64,000 nucleotides of DNA from Carcharhinus longimanus (lineage: Eukaryota). Within the stretch, counting starts at the first letter, position 1. Each line of letters opens with the position of its first letter. The DNA is taken from NCBI GenBank assembly GCA_030264375.1, contig JASCQW010000043.1:66284634-66348633 (forward strand), in the 5' to 3' direction. Under the pieces are notes generated by a model. That model worked only from the letters and a program-made list of their open reading frames with translations. It did not search any database and was not told the DNA's origin. Below, piece after piece: positions 61,808 to 64,000 of this stretch. The translations under genes and the position numbers were made by a program.

Positions 61808-64000
61808 TAAGTACAATAATTTACCTTCAGTAAATTATTGTACTTAGGAGGCCTGAACACAGAATGCTTCCTATTTGGTACGCAGTGAAACTGTTTGGCT
61901 ACCAATTAACACATATAGATTGACTGAAGATGCTTAGGTTGATTCTTTCTTCTTCCCTTTTCCATCTGTTTTAAGATGTTCTTGATGCAATCTTGCTGGC
62001 CTCACCTGCATTTATTGCTCATTCCTAGTGACCCTGAGTTAGTGGATGTGAGCTGTGAATCTGGAGAAGTAAATTCATGAAATGACTCCAGAATGAGTTA
62101 CCTTCCATCTCCTAATAAACAGACCTCTCTTCCTTTCTCTCCTTCGACCCCAATAAAATTCTGCAAGAAACACTGTTAATTATCTGCATTTGATTTTCTT
62201 GTCCTTTTATGCAGTTAGCTCTTCTCAAATCATATTCCAGTAACCTTTGTGAAATGAACTGTTTTTCAGCCGCAACAAGCAGAGATTTTTGTTTCCCAGA
62301 AATCAAGTGTTTTTTTAATAATTAATCTGCAGGTTTCTGTTTATCTTGTTGTTATCTTTCTCATGGAGCCTCTCAGTAAACTAGACCTTGTGACTTAATG
62401 GACCTGCAGTGCCATGCTTAAAGCTGCTTTGTCCTATAACTTTATCTGATTTGAAGTATCAAAATGTTCCTCTTAGGGTTTGAAGAAAGTTCAAATAACC
62501 AGCCAGACTAGGAGCAGAGATGTGTGTGTTGAGATAACTGTCTCTCTTTCTTTGCTAATTGGTGTCTCTTGGCTAGATGTGGAAATGGACTTGGCTGAGG
62601 TTCCTGTTTCACACCTAGTGACTCCGGTTTGAATGAATGGTGGCTGAGGGCAGCATTGCACCTAATTGTTATCACCATGTTTAGAGTTGTACACGAAAAA
62701 TGATGTGAAACAAGAGGACTGCAGGCATCGTTAGAGTCATTCACCAGCTTTTCAGAGAAAATTTGTCAAAAACATGTGCCACTTTTTATTTCAAACAAAG
62801 TGCCTTATGCTTTGTAATTTTACAAACATACTAATGCATGCGCCTGGCAGAGAATAAACCTGTTATCCCAATTTTCTCTCCTAACTCCAGGCCAGTTACT
62901 AGGTCATGTCACAAGGCTACCATTGCCCTCATTCTGCTGCTAATCTCTAGTGCAGAGCCTTATCCAATACCTTCTGCATGTTTGTGTAGACAACGCCACT
63001 GGGGCACTCGTATGTATCATGTTAATGACCTTTTCAAAAAACATTCAACTATATCTCAGACATGACCTTCTGATCAGAAATCTAAGCTAACTCCCTGTCT
63101 TTGATCAGTTGATAGTTGCCCTTGTGCTCGTTCACTCTGTCTTCAATATTTTTCAGTAATTTTACTAAATTTGATGTTCCATTAACAAGTTTGTATTTCT
63201 TGGTTCCTCTTCACTTTAAACAACAAATTGACCTCCAGATCACAACTTCTGAGAATGCAGATTAGATTGAAATGAAAGGCCTATCCAGAATACTGTTTCC
63301 CACTGTGTGATATCATGCAGTGGACAGTTTAAGACACTCCAAACAGTCACACTCAATGTTTTGGAATCATTTCTTTCACATGAGCTCTATGGAAGTTGAC
63401 AGTAAGAAGCTGACACCTACGAGCTTGGGAACAGTCTCAAATGGCAACTTGACTGGGCAATCTCCAGGCACGCAGACCTGGATCACATAGAGGTCAAAGT
63501 TTTTTTTGTTGTCCTGTACAATGTGCTTTTTAATAAAAATCTACAAGACAAATACAGTGGATAAATACTTGCCCCAAGACTGGAAAACCCCACCCAAGGT
63601 CAATGGATGGCCCATGTCCCGCCCAGTACGATTCCTGTGGTGAGCAGGATAGGAAAATTCTGCCTCATGAGTGGAGCTCCTTGCTTAAATTTGATGCAAC
63701 TTGCTTCAGACAATTGATTCAGGAAAGTGCATTTAACGGATTGTGTAGCCTGCTTCATTTTTTTTGTATTGTGAGGAACTTTATAAAAGTTAAAATTTGT
63801 TGTTTTCAAAACAAAAGGTCAATTCATATCGTATAACAAATTATAATGGCCTCCCTCTTTCTAGAGTATTAAATTTTGTACCTTCTGGAATGTAAGAGAA
63901 ATGTGAGCGTTTGTTTAAAAATGTAGTGTACCATTTTATGAGTTGTATTATGACTCTTTTATGACTAGACATTGAGCAATGAGTGACCTCTGATCATAAG

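Overview
Repeat-dense eukaryotic DNA, most likely from a cartilaginous fish (shark). This is inferred from the many HE1-type tRNA-derived V-SINEs, CR1 LINEs and SacSINE1/DeuSINE-like elements. It is a short-read-style scaffold with many N gaps. The only confident host gene feature is coding exon 1 of a proprotein convertase, most similar to PCSK5 (52952-53131, +), with a CpG-rich promoter/5' leader and the start of a large intron 1. The upstream ~52 kb is mostly TE debris: CR1/L2/Rex1 LINE fragments, about 18 SINE copies, palindromic MITEs, Gypsy LTR relics and a hAT-like MITE. The most unusual structure is at ~15.9-19.3 kb. A frameshifted, ATG-to-stop histone H4 copy with no histone 3' stem-loop lies about 330 bp upstream of, and co-oriented with, a decayed PIF/Harbinger-type Myb/SANT gene. 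This raises the possibility of a histone-carrying Harbinger transposon. All family assignments come from motif recognition by eye, not database searches, and TE boundaries are approximate.
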